Source: Bacteroidetes bacterium MED-G21 (GTDB lineage Bacteria > Bacteroidota > Bacteroidia > Flavobacteriales > UBA7430). From it: a stretch of 64,000 bases of DNA. A model generated the notes under the pieces. The model did no database searches and was not told where the DNA came from. It saw only the letters and a list, made by a program, of their open reading frames with translations. Below, in pieces: positions 47,986 through 56,964 of this stretch. How positions within the stretch are numbered: the stretch's first letter is position 1; each line of letters begins with the position of its first letter. The translations under genes were made by a program, and so were the position numbers. The stretch is taken from assembly GCA_002457305.1 (NCBI GenBank), contig NTKG01000001.1:1191-65190 (forward strand). The letters are read 5' to 3'.

Positions 47986-49152
47986 TTAATTCGATTTTCT
48001 TCTTTTTATTTCCTGTATAATAAGATTCAATTCCCTACCCGTTTGCCCAGCAATGGATCTGTTTTCTTCTGCTCTACGAATAAGGTAAGGTAGGACTTCT
48101 TTAACCGGTCCGTATGGTACATATTTGACTGTATTGTATCCTTTGTCAGCCAAGTTATAGCTTATGTGATCACTCATTCCAAGGAGCTGAGAAAAGTATA
48201 TTTTTGGATTATTCCTTTCAATATTATACAGTTGCATAAGACGCGTTAAGAGTAGAGAACTTTCTTCGTTATGCGTTCCTGCACAAATAGAAATTCCATA
48301 AATATTCTCACAAGCATATTCTAAAGCTGAGTCATAATCTTCGTTACATGCTTCTTTGTTAGGTTGAATAGGTGTTGGGTAATCCATTTTTTTTGCCCGT
48401 TCATTTTCTTTTTCAAGATAGGCTCCTCTGACTAATTTTACACCAATAAAGTATCCTTCCTCTTTAGAGTCTTCATGTATTTTTTTCAAATAATCTAATC
48501 GATCGTGTCGATACATTTGAATTGTATTGTATATGATGGCTTGTTCTTTATTAAAGGTTTTCATCATCGTTTCAACAATAGAGTCAATAGCATCCTGAAT
48601 CCAACTTTCCTCGGCATCAATCATGATTGGTATTTTGTATTGATGTGCTTTTTTGCAGATTTTATTAATGCGATGAATGACGCGATCGTATTCTTGTTGT
48701 TCTTCAGTATTAAGTTCTTCGTTGAGGTTTATTTTTTCAAGTAATTGGAATCTTGCAAGACCTGTAATTTTAAATACGGCAAAGGGGATGTTTTTATTTT
48801 TATGGGCAAAATTAAGTACAGCAATTGTTTGCTCCATTGTTTTTTTGAAGTCTTTTTCTGATGCTTTTCCTTCTACAGAATAATCTAAAATAGTTGCAAT
48901 ATTATGCATGGCTAGTTCGTCAATTTTATCAGAACAATTCTCTATACTTTCACCACCACAAAATTGCTGAAAAATCGTGCTTTTGATCAATCTAGTGATT
49001 GGAATATGCATTTTGATTGCCACATTAGCAATTTCACCTCCTAGTTTAGATAGAAGAGGCTTACCCATTAATTTAAATAGGTAATATGCTTTTCGAAGTT
49101 GTGATTTTGATTTCGATCGAAAGGCTATTTCTGTGTCATCAAAGGAGATCAT
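47986..49152 (-). CDS. Proline dehydrogenase family protein
   Basis: ISFDDTEIAFRSKS start, TIM-barrel PRODH motifs (DAEESWIQDAID, GVKLVRGAYLEKE, QLLGMSD). ATG 49152 is preferred to the TTG at 49173 because a -7 box covers 49171-49178. Confidence 0.85.
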   Translation of the reverse strand: MISFDDTEIAFRSKSKSQLRKAYYLFKLMGKPLLSKLGGEIANVAIKMHIPITRLIKSTIFQQFCGGESIENCSDKIDELAMHNIATILDYSVEGKASEKDFKKTMEQTIAVLNFAHKNKNIPFAVFKITGLARFQLLEKINLNEELNTEEQQEYDRVIHRINKICKKAHQYKIPIMIDAEESWIQDAIDSIVETMMKTFNKEQAIIYNTIQMYRHDRLDYLKKIHEDSKEEGYFIGVKLVRGAYLEKENERAKKMDYPTPIQPNKEACNEDYDSALEYACENIYGISICAGTHNEESSLLLTRLMQLYNIERNNPKIYFSQLLGMSDHISYNLADKGYNTVKYVPYGPVKEVLPYLIRRAEENRSIAGQTGRELNLIIQEIKRRKSN

Positions 49153-49170
49153 ACCTATGGTTTTCTTTCG

Positions 49171-49178
49171 CAAATATA
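49171..49178 (-). promoter_or_regulatory. -7 box TATATTTG (minus strand) for the proline dehydrogenase gene
   Basis: CAAATATA on the plus strand, 18 nt upstream of ATG 49152. Confidence 0.35.
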
Positions 49179-49222
49179 CTATTAAAGCTCCTAATTCTTT
49201 TATTAGATGTTCTTCGATTATT

Positions 49223-49230
49223 TAACTTTG
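49223..49230 (+). promoter_or_regulatory. -7 box TAACTTTG (aroB-aroA operon)
   Basis: Exact TAnnTTTG 33 nt upstream of the GTG start. A second match, TATCTTTG, lies at 49257-49264. Confidence 0.3.
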
Positions 49231-49263
49231 TTTTAAGGATGTCTTCGTAGCTTTTTTATCTTT

Positions 49264-50361
49264 GTGTCTAGAATTAAGATTCACCCTGTGGAAATACAAT
49301 CAGATAAGTATTCTATTTATATTGGAAATGATATTTTACAAGAATTTAATGCGATTCTTGAAGATTATCAAGAACAGTATTCTAAGGTTTTTATTTTTTG
49401 CGATGAAAATTCTTCTCAGTTATGTTTGCCTTATCTTATAGAACATGTTCCTATGCTTATTGGTGCAGAGTTAATAGAGATTGAATCTGGTGAGGATAAT
49501 AAAACCCTCTCCATTTGTAATGATGTCTGGAAAACTCTAAGTGAATCCAATGCTGATCGAAATGCGTTTATTGTTAATTTAGGTGGTGGCGTAGTCTGTG
49601 ATATGGGGGGTATGATTGCCTCATTATACAAAAGAGGGATTCGTTTTTTTCATATTCCAACCACGCTTTTGTCTCAGGTAGATGCATCCGTAGGCGGTAA
49701 GTTAGCGGTTGATTTAGATGGTCATAAAAATCAAATAGGCTTGTTTAGAAATCCAGATTTGGTACTTATCGTTCCTGAATTTCTTAAAACCTTACCAGAA
49801 AGACATTGGATGAGTGGTATGGCAGAGGTCTATAAACATGCTTTAATTTCGGATGCATCATACTGGTCTTTTTTAGAGCATGTGGATGTAAAAGATGAAG
49901 ATGCCTTATTGTCTCTCCTTAACCAATCCATTTCTATAAAAAATAATATTGTTCTTCAGGATTGGGAAGAGAAAGGTTTGCGTAAAACATTAAATTTTGG
50001 CCATACCATAGGGCACGCAATAGAAAGTCAGGCTTTATTAAAAGGTCGTGATTTACTTCATGGGGAGGCTATTGCTATAGGAATGGTTGTAGAGACCTTT
50101 TTATCTGAAATGACAAATGGCTTAAAGACAGATGTCTCTAGTGTTATTCGAAAAAAAATTCAAAATGTTTTTTCATTAACTCAAATTGACGAGCGCGAAT
50201 TTTCGGAATTGATTGAATGGATGAGGAATGATAAAAAAAATGATGCTTCTGAAATTAATTTCACCTTACTCAAAGATATAGGGCAGGCTGAATTTAATAA
50301 GGTATGTTCTGTAGATCAGATTGAGCAGGCTATCAAAATGTATAATACCCTTTTATCGTGA
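49264..50361 (+). CDS. aroB: 3-dehydroquinate synthase
   Basis: NLGGGVVCDMGGMIAS, PTTLLSQVDASVGGK, HTIGHAIE, HGEAIAIGM. Confidence 0.95.
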   Translation: MSRIKIHPVEIQSDKYSIYIGNDILQEFNAILEDYQEQYSKVFIFCDENSSQLCLPYLIEHVPMLIGAELIEIESGEDNKTLSICNDVWKTLSESNADRNAFIVNLGGGVVCDMGGMIASLYKRGIRFFHIPTTLLSQVDASVGGKLAVDLDGHKNQIGLFRNPDLVLIVPEFLKTLPERHWMSGMAEVYKHALISDASYWSFLEHVDVKDEDALLSLLNQSISIKNNIVLQDWEEKGLRKTLNFGHTIGHAIESQALLKGRDLLHGEAIAIGMVVETFLSEMTNGLKTDVSSVIRKKIQNVFSLTQIDEREFSELIEWMRNDKKNDASEINFTLLKDIGQAEFNKVCSVDQIEQAIKMYNTLLS

Positions 50362-51593
50362 ACGCCAAAATTCAAATAACAAGTCCATTAATTAATGGCA
50401 AGGTTCATTTAACTGGTTCAAAGAGCATATCAAATCGATTGCTTATTCTACAAGCGTTATCGGGGAATAATAATGTATTAAAAAATCTTTCAGATTCTGA
50501 TGACACGACTGTACTGCAAAAAGCATTGTCTTCACAATACACGACTATAGACGTCGGGATTGCTGGAACGGCGATGCGTTTTTTAACAGCATATTATACC
50601 CTTAGAGGTTCTGAAGTGATTCTTACAGGTGCATCAAGAATGAAACAACGTCCTATTAAAGGTTTGGTCGATGCCCTTTGTTATTTAGGTGCTGATATTG
50701 AGTATATGGAACATGAAGGATTTCCTCCTTTAAAAATTAAGGGAGGCAATTTGAAGGGTGGCTTACTCCAAATGAAGGCTGATGTTTCCAGTCAGTTTAT
50801 TTCTGCCATTTTAATGATAGCGCCCTATTTTGAAAAAGGAATTCAATTGAAATTGATTGGAGAGGTTTTATCTCGACCTTATATTGAAATGACATTGAAT
50901 TTAATGGAAAAACAAGGTGTGCCTTATCAATGGGTGGGGGATACAATTTCTATTCTTCCTGGTGCTTACCAAAATAATATTACTCGAGTAGAATCTGACT
51001 GGTCTTCTATATCTTACATGTTTGAGTTGGTGGCTTTGAGTGATTCTGGATGTATTCAACTTACTCAGGTAGATGAGCATTCGGTTCAAGGTGATCAGGA
51101 AGGGATGCGGTATTTCGACCTGTTGGGGGTTGATTCTACTATTGAACAGGGTATTTTAACACTTCGTAAAAGGTTTGATTTTGAGCTTCCGAAATGTTTG
51201 GAATTAGATTGTTTAAAGACCCCAGATCTTGCTCAAACATTAGCTGCAACAGCTTGTGGTATGGGTGTGCGAATGAAACTTACCGGTTTAAAAAGTTTGC
51301 CTATTAAAGAAACCGATCGTTTAATGGCATTAAAAAATGAGCTTGAAAAATGTGGAGCTCAGGTTCAGATTATAAATAATGAGGCTTTGGATATTATTCC
51401 TGGAACCGAACTTTTGAATCGAAGTTTTAATTTTGAAACCTATGGCGACCATCGTATGGCACTATGTTTAGCCCCTTTGGCTTTAAAAGCTAAGTCGGTG
51501 CATCTTAATAACCCAATGGTGGTAAATAAATCTTATAAATCATATTGGGAGGATTTAAAAACTCTTTCATTTAACATTCAATTAAAAACATAA
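50358..51593 (+). CDS. aroA: 3-phosphoshikimate 1-carboxyvinyltransferase (EPSP synthase)
   Basis: LTGSKSISNRLLILQAL, GIAGTAMRFLTA, MKQRPI, DHRMAL motifs. Overlaps the aroB end by 4 nt. Confidence 0.95.
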   Translation: MNAKIQITSPLINGKVHLTGSKSISNRLLILQALSGNNNVLKNLSDSDDTTVLQKALSSQYTTIDVGIAGTAMRFLTAYYTLRGSEVILTGASRMKQRPIKGLVDALCYLGADIEYMEHEGFPPLKIKGGNLKGGLLQMKADVSSQFISAILMIAPYFEKGIQLKLIGEVLSRPYIEMTLNLMEKQGVPYQWVGDTISILPGAYQNNITRVESDWSSISYMFELVALSDSGCIQLTQVDEHSVQGDQEGMRYFDLLGVDSTIEQGILTLRKRFDFELPKCLELDCLKTPDLAQTLAATACGMGVRMKLTGLKSLPIKETDRLMALKNELEKCGAQVQIINNEALDIIPGTELLNRSFNFETYGDHRMALCLAPLALKAKSVHLNNPMVVNKSYKSYWEDLKTLSFNIQLKT

Positions 51594-51604
51594 ATGATAT
51601 AATT

Positions 51605-52168
51605 ATGAATTTTCGCGATGTACTTACAGTAACACTAACTCTTTTTGCAGTTATAGATATTTTGGGCTCCATTCCAATTATAATTGGCTTAAGATCTAAG
51701 ATGGGACATATCCAGTCAGAAAAGGCAACGCTGGTTTCTGGATTGATTATGATTTTATTTCTATTTGTAGGAGAACGACTACTTAATTTAATAGGAATTG
51801 ATATTGCCTCTTTTGCATTAGCAGGTGCCTTTGTTATTTTTCTATTGGCATTAGAGATGATTTTGAATATTGAACTTTTTAAGTCTGATGAAGGGGATAC
51901 TTCAGGTAGTATTGTACCTATAGCATTTCCCATTATTGCAGGATCCGGAACACTAACTACTTTAATTTCACTTAGATCTACTTATACAATTAATGATATT
52001 ATAGTAGGTGTTTTAGTGAATTTAGCATTTGTATATATTGTTCTAAAATCTACTGGAAAAATTGAGCGCTTGCTGGGTAAAGGAGGTATTAATGTGTTGC
52101 GTCGTATTTTTGGGATTGTTCTTTTAGCAATAGCTATTAAGCTCACAAAAATGCATCTTTCTTTTTAG
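51605..52168 (+). CDS. MarC-family (UPF0056) integral membrane protein
   Basis: Six TM helices with FAVIDILGSIPI and IVPIAFPIIAGSGTLTT motifs. Confidence 0.85.
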   Translation: MNFRDVLTVTLTLFAVIDILGSIPIIIGLRSKMGHIQSEKATLVSGLIMILFLFVGERLLNLIGIDIASFALAGAFVIFLLALEMILNIELFKSDEGDTSGSIVPIAFPIIAGSGTLTTLISLRSTYTINDIIVGVLVNLAFVYIVLKSTGKIERLLGKGGINVLRRIFGIVLLAIAIKLTKMHLSF

Positions 52169-53985
52169 TTTTTCCATTTAAGGTAAAGGCTGATTTCAGA
52201 CTTATATGGTTTGTTTGTTTGTTCATTTCCTGAGCCAATTTCATCTCTATCGGCATAACGCATGTGATTCATTTGAATGCCAAGAATGGTTTTATATATT
52301 TTTCTTTGGTAAGATAGAGTCGTTACCGTTCCTTTTCCATATAAAAATCTGGAATTGAAGCTTCCATAGAAGTATGGGCCTTGCCAGAAAGTAGATGAAT
52401 TTGTAGCGTGAAATGCGCAGTATGAAATATTGATTTTGTTTTTTTTGTTCCTACTGGTTTGGTATAAATTAGTTTGCATACTTGTATTTAGGTGTCCTAG
52501 ATTAAAGGTATAATTTCCTTTTATATTTACTCTCGTATTTGAGTTTAAATATTCTTGGTAAAAGAGTCTAAATTGGCTCTTTTTTTGTGCCTCATAAAGA
52601 TATTTATATTGAAATTGGATTCTCATTTTTCTTTTTTCTGTATTTCTTGAAATCTGTGTGTAAATTGCTCTTCCCTGAGAAGTATGTTTTTTAACAAAAT
52701 TTGCATTAAAATGATCAAAAGTGGCTCTAAATTGCCATTTTTTGTCAAAATTATGCTGAAAACACCATAAAATACCATTTTCATATCCGTTACTAAAATG
52801 GCTGTAATCAGATTTATATTGGTTAAAAAATCCATGTTTACGTGTTCTAAATTGAACTGAAATTAGGCTATTATTTGATGCACTTATAGTGAGTTTCTGA
52901 ATGCTCGCCCAATAGGTGAAATTTTGCACGACAGTTTCACTAGAATATTTTATGTTATAGTAGCTTTTTGAGAGATAGAAACTTTGAATATAATTGGTAT
53001 TAAAATCTTCGAAATTGGATTGATAAATTAAGTTTGATAAAGATATTTTATACTTATTTTTTTCTATATTTAATATCAATCCAACTAGATTTTCTTTAAT
53101 ATTCCTTCGCTTTTTAATTTCTGTTTCTGTTCTATAAAGGCCAGTTTTATCAATATTTGATGTGCCATTTAATTTTTTATGAGAAGCAAATAAGTTAATA
53201 CTGAGGTCTTTAATTTTCCATTCTGAAGCTGCACCTTCAAAATAATTATACTCCTTAGAACTAAGGCTTGCTTTTGTTATATCTATTGGTGAATAGCTTA
53301 GGAAATATGGATTGTTTATTCTGTAACTGGTTCCAAAAACTAAACCTTCTCCAATATTGATATCGTATTTACCGAATAATAGGCTTTTTAATTTTCCTTT
53401 ACCTTGAAATTGGAAGTAAAATGCAAGGTTGTTTATGTCGTATTTTTTGTAGTAAAATGGTTCTCCATGGTCTTTTTCTAAATTTAATCCTAACCGCCAT
53501 CCTTTTTGAAGATCTGTTCGATATCTGTAATGTATTTTAAATGGGCTTCCCAGATATTCTTTATTTTTTGTTCCTTTTTGTAGCGGCCTTATAAATTGAA
53601 TCCCTGTGAAAAAATCCGAGCTTATTTTTGTGCTAGTAGTGTTCGTTTGGGGAACGCTTACAAAATCTTTTACTCTTTTGAGTGATTCTATTTCGATGTC
53701 TAGAATTTGGAGTTGGTATTTTGAGAGGAGGTTATTTGTTTTGCAATAGTCTATAATGATTTTCAATTCATGATCTGTTAATAGGTATAGTGTTTTAAGT
53801 TGTTCAATTTCTTTAAGGTCGTTTAGGTTAATCGGTTTTTGGTAGAAATATTCCCAAACCTCTATAAGTTCTAATGGGTTGCTTTCTTGGTTATAAGCTT
53901 CTATGTATTCCCATTGTTTTGAGAAGTCTTGAGCACTAAGCATAAATCCACCTAGGCTTAGTGTAACAATCATTTTTTTATTCAT
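52165..53985 (-). CDS. Outer-membrane beta-barrel protein with N-terminal degenerate ComEA-like helix-hairpin-helix domain
   Basis: Signal peptide. Residues ~45-110 (nt 53656-53853) read PINLNDLKEIEQLKTLYLLTDHELKIIIDYCKTNNLLSKYQLQILDIEIESLKRVKDFV, which parallels ComEA INLN...Ii.yr...g.f....eL. The remaining ~480 aa are Tyr/Asn/Lys-rich alternating strands. Confidence 0.65.
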   Translation of the reverse strand: MNKKMIVTLSLGGFMLSAQDFSKQWEYIEAYNQESNPLELIEVWEYFYQKPINLNDLKEIEQLKTLYLLTDHELKIIIDYCKTNNLLSKYQLQILDIEIESLKRVKDFVSVPQTNTTSTKISSDFFTGIQFIRPLQKGTKNKEYLGSPFKIHYRYRTDLQKGWRLGLNLEKDHGEPFYYKKYDINNLAFYFQFQGKGKLKSLLFGKYDINIGEGLVFGTSYRINNPYFLSYSPIDITKASLSSKEYNYFEGAASEWKIKDLSINLFASHKKLNGTSNIDKTGLYRTETEIKKRRNIKENLVGLILNIEKNKYKISLSNLIYQSNFEDFNTNYIQSFYLSKSYYNIKYSSETVVQNFTYWASIQKLTISASNNSLISVQFRTRKHGFFNQYKSDYSHFSNGYENGILWCFQHNFDKKWQFRATFDHFNANFVKKHTSQGRAIYTQISRNTEKRKMRIQFQYKYLYEAQKKSQFRLFYQEYLNSNTRVNIKGNYTFNLGHLNTSMQTNLYQTSRNKKNKINISYCAFHATNSSTFWQGPYFYGSFNSRFLYGKGTVTTLSYQRKIYKTILGIQMNHMRYADRDEIGSGNEQTNKPYKSEISLYLKWKN

Positions 53986-54724
53986 ATACGGGTTGGTAAA
54001 TCAGTCCAATTCCAGTTGAATATGCTTGGGCTTGTTTTTTATATTGACTGAACCATTGGAATTCCCCCTTTTTGTAACCCAATCTAAATCCATATTCAAA
54101 AGGTCTAAAGGCTTGAAGAATTGAGAGGTTAAAACTGTTTTGATATTTGTATGATAAGCGATGTTTTAAATGAAATCCTGTATGAATGGATTCTTCAAAT
54201 TGAAGATCAGAATGAAGGTTGGTATTCCAGTAGTATAGTGTGTTTAGAATGAATCGGCTTTCCAAATCATTTTTTATATAATTGTTGTTTAAAGGATTCT
54301 CTATGAAGAGGTAAAGTTCATACTGCTCAACTTTGTATCTTAAGCCTAGGTTAAAACTAATTGCAGTATGTTTTTCTGTCTCATCAATTTTAAGATGATG
54401 TAAATTTATGCTAAGCCCTAAATTTGTCCACCTATTTAACTTTTGATTGCTAGATATAATGTATTCCGAATCTTTAAATAGCTTGTATCCATATTGCTCG
54501 TAACCTAATTGGTAAGATCTTTTTTGAACTTTAAAGAAGGTATGATATTTACTACTGTGTATACCAAATTCAGGATTTAAAATATTGATTTGTGAGTAAA
54601 ATTTTATGGCCTTTAATTCTTCACTAAAAACTGGGTTGAAATGGTTTTTGAGAAGATTTTCTGTGTTTTGTGCACAGGCGTATATACTTATTAATACAGA
54701 CCATGTGAGGTGTATTAATTTCAT
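53978..54724 (-). CDS. Hypothetical small outer-membrane beta-barrel (248 aa)
   Basis: Signal peptide ...SIYACAQN and alternating-strand pattern. Overlaps the downstream HhH-barrel gene by 8 nt. Confidence 0.55.
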   Translation of the reverse strand: MKLIHLTWSVLISIYACAQNTENLLKNHFNPVFSEELKAIKFYSQINILNPEFGIHSSKYHTFFKVQKRSYQLGYEQYGYKLFKDSEYIISSNQKLNRWTNLGLSINLHHLKIDETEKHTAISFNLGLRYKVEQYELYLFIENPLNNNYIKNDLESRFILNTLYYWNTNLHSDLQFEESIHTGFHLKHRLSYKYQNSFNLSILQAFRPFEYGFRLGYKKGEFQWFSQYKKQAQAYSTGIGLIYQPVYE

Positions 54725-54982
54725 TTGGTTATTTTCACATTCATAATCTTGTTACTTCATTTAGGGAAGGCAAGAGGTGAAAATGTTTTGATTGAGGTGG
54801 TGAAGAGAAATGAAAATTAAACTCAAAAAATAGTGGGAGGATTTACATCCATTTTTTGAACATTTATTTATGATGAATTTACTACAATTTAAAGATAATT
54901 CAGAACTTGTTGTTGGAAATCATCATATTTTTTTTGTAAAAAAATAGCTGCTAATACTCAATTCTAAATATGGTAATGTTAG

Positions 54983-55744
54983 CTAATGATCGAGTTTTAC
55001 AGCATCAAGAAAACTTTTTCGCATTCTCTTATGAATCGCATTATCATTACCAAGTCTTTCTGGATGAAATTGAACAGCAATCATAAAGGGATGAAGTTCC
55101 TCATCTACATAAATAGCTTCAGGAAGATCATCAAAGGATCTGGCAACAACATTAATTCCATCAGGTATGTTTTTTAAACCTTGATGGTGCCATGAGTTGA
55201 CCATAAATGTATCTTGGCCTTCTGGAAAAATAAGTGGACAAGATTCTGTTAATGTGATCTCATGTATTACTTCCCCATTATTTCTGTGTATGACTTCCGT
55301 GCCTATTTCAGATGGGATATCACCATAAAGGGTTCCGCCGCTGGCGACATTAATCATTTGCATGCCTCTACACACTCCCATTAAGGGAATTTTATTTTCA
55401 AATGCATAATCAAACAGTTTTTTTTCGAGTGTATCTCTTCTGTGGTCTATGTCACCACATACTTTTAGGTTAGATGAATCGTTATATAATAGCGGATTAA
55501 TATCTTCCCCTCCAGTTATTATAATGCCATCTGCTAATGCTAAAATACTATCTGTGTTTGAAATTCTATAGGCATCTAGAATTACTGTGTTTTCATCTGC
55601 AATCCAATCAATATAGTTTTGAGATGCTTTTGATAAGATAATTTTGGTGGGTTTATTGCAAGATTGTAGTAAACCAATTGTTGTTAAAAAAAATAGGCTA
55701 TAAAAACCCATTCTTTTTATTTTACTTATTTCTACTTCATGCAT
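54983..55744 (-). CDS. Peptidase C26 / gamma-glutamyl-GABA hydrolase-family class I glutamine amidotransferase lipoprotein
   Basis: MGVCRGMQMINVASGG nucleophile elbow and WHHQG...QFHPE. Lipobox LLQSC. The likely true start is the M at 55711. Confidence 0.85.
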   Translation of the reverse strand: MHEVEISKIKRMGFYSLFFLTTIGLLQSCNKPTKIILSKASQNYIDWIADENTVILDAYRISNTDSILALADGIIITGGEDINPLLYNDSSNLKVCGDIDHRRDTLEKKLFDYAFENKIPLMGVCRGMQMINVASGGTLYGDIPSEIGTEVIHRNNGEVIHEITLTESCPLIFPEGQDTFMVNSWHHQGLKNIPDGINVVARSFDDLPEAIYVDEELHPFMIAVQFHPERLGNDNAIHKRMRKSFLDAVKLDH

Positions 55745-55755
55745 TACTTAATGAA

Positions 55756-56847
55756 TTAGTATTGATCGTTGTTTGAAAGATAAATAAGGATACCAGAATA
55801 GTTCGTTTTTAATTGATACCCTTGACCAGCCTCTATGTTTCCAATGCCATTAAAATTCCAATCGGGAAGAAAAGCTGCTCCAGTTCCGTCTTTTGCAATG
55901 ACTAAATTACCTTCCTCAACGAGATTTTGAAATACCATATTGGCAGGCGCAGGATTTAAACGTATGTATGAGATGATGTTCCATCCTTCCACTAGATTAA
56001 TTGTATTTTCTTCTGGATCCATGTATTCGCCTTCAAATATTATAGAGCAAGCCTGATTTGTTTTAATTTGGTATCCTTCATTGAATTTAATATCTCCAAT
56101 TCCATTATAATTCCACTCAGCTAAATATACGTGCCCTAAGTAGTTTTTTATCATAATTACCTCTTCTTTATGATAAAAATTAGCTTGAAAATTCATGTTC
56201 TCTGACTGAATATATGTAGAGAAAATACTCCAACCGTTTGGGATGTTAATATCTTGAGTCCATAAAGGATAGATACATGAGCCATTGTTTTGTGTTGCAC
56301 TTGGGTTAAAATTTATTGCAGAAGGATCAGTACAATCAGGTATTCCACAGTTACCATATATTAAGTTACTTATGGTATTTATTTCAAGGTTGTTAATTTC
56401 TGTAATTGATCTGTCAGGGCAAACAATGTATAATGATGGGTAGAAATTAATGTTATATTCATATGGTACATTTCCAGTATTATTAATAATTGGATAAGAG
56501 GTTACTGCGCCCCATGGAAATCCATTATAATTTACACATTGAGCGTCTGAAGTTGCATCCTCCGATTCTAAACCTAGAATCATCATTGAATTATTTCCGT
56601 TTGGACCAAAAGTTTGGTATGCATTTTCTAATAAATCTGCTTGACTTTGACATGGCCCACACCAAACGGCAAAAAAATCTAGTAAGACAGACTTACCTTG
56701 GTCAAGATAATCATATAGATTATGTTGATTTCCATTTAAATCTGTTAGTGTAAAATTTGGGGCTATACTTCCATTTGGGATTTGGGCGCTTGATTTTTGC
56801 GTGGAAAAATAAAATAAAACACAAAAAAGTATATTTAAAAATTTCAT
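55756..56847 (-). CDS. Secreted thioredoxin-fold (redoxin) protein with a Cys mini-repeat and an unclassified C-terminal tandem module
   Basis: Signal peptide ...KSSAQ, FFAVWCGPCQ active site, CTDPSAINFNPSATQNNGSC (nt 56275-56334), then two ~75-aa repeats (nt 55759-56280) ending YLSNNDQY. Confidence 0.8.
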   Translation of the reverse strand: MKFLNILFCVLFYFSTQKSSAQIPNGSIAPNFTLTDLNGNQHNLYDYLDQGKSVLLDFFAVWCGPCQSQADLLENAYQTFGPNGNNSMMILGLESEDATSDAQCVNYNGFPWGAVTSYPIINNTGNVPYEYNINFYPSLYIVCPDRSITEINNLEINTISNLIYGNCGIPDCTDPSAINFNPSATQNNGSCIYPLWTQDINIPNGWSIFSTYIQSENMNFQANFYHKEEVIMIKNYLGHVYLAEWNYNGIGDIKFNEGYQIKTNQACSIIFEGEYMDPEENTINLVEGWNIISYIRLNPAPANMVFQNLVEEGNLVIAKDGTGAAFLPDWNFNGIGNIEAGQGYQLKTNYSGILIYLSNNDQY

Positions 56848-56875
56848 GAGGAATCGCTTCTAAAAATTAAATATA

Positions 56876-56883
56876 CAAAATTA
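56876..56883 (-). promoter_or_regulatory. -7 box TAATTTTG (minus strand) for the secreted thioredoxin gene
   Basis: CAAAATTA on the plus strand, 28 nt upstream of the ATG. Confidence 0.3.
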
Positions 56884-56945
56884 TTTAGGGCTTATTATTG
56901 TATGCCAATGAATCAGTATATTTATGTTTGTCAGAGTTATTATGG

Positions 56946-56953
56946 TATTTTTG
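56946..56953 (+). promoter_or_regulatory. -7 box TATTTTTG for the PI-PLC-like gene
   Basis: Exact TAnnTTTG 11 nt upstream of ATG 56965. This argues against the longer ORF-track start at 56902. Confidence 0.35.
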
Positions 56954-56964
56954 TTTTCATTTTT

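Noticed and set aside
51571-51933. 120-aa antisense ORF overlapping the aroA end and MarC.
   Set aside because: The MarC frame gives a clean six-TM family pattern. The antisense product has no features and would overlap two genes.
54725-54982. 258-nt purine-rich spacer with a GGAT-ttac-ATCC hairpin plus T-run, considered as a terminator or sRNA.
   Set aside because: The stem is only 4 bp and nothing else suggests structure. It is most simply the promoter/terminator spacer between two minus-strand units.
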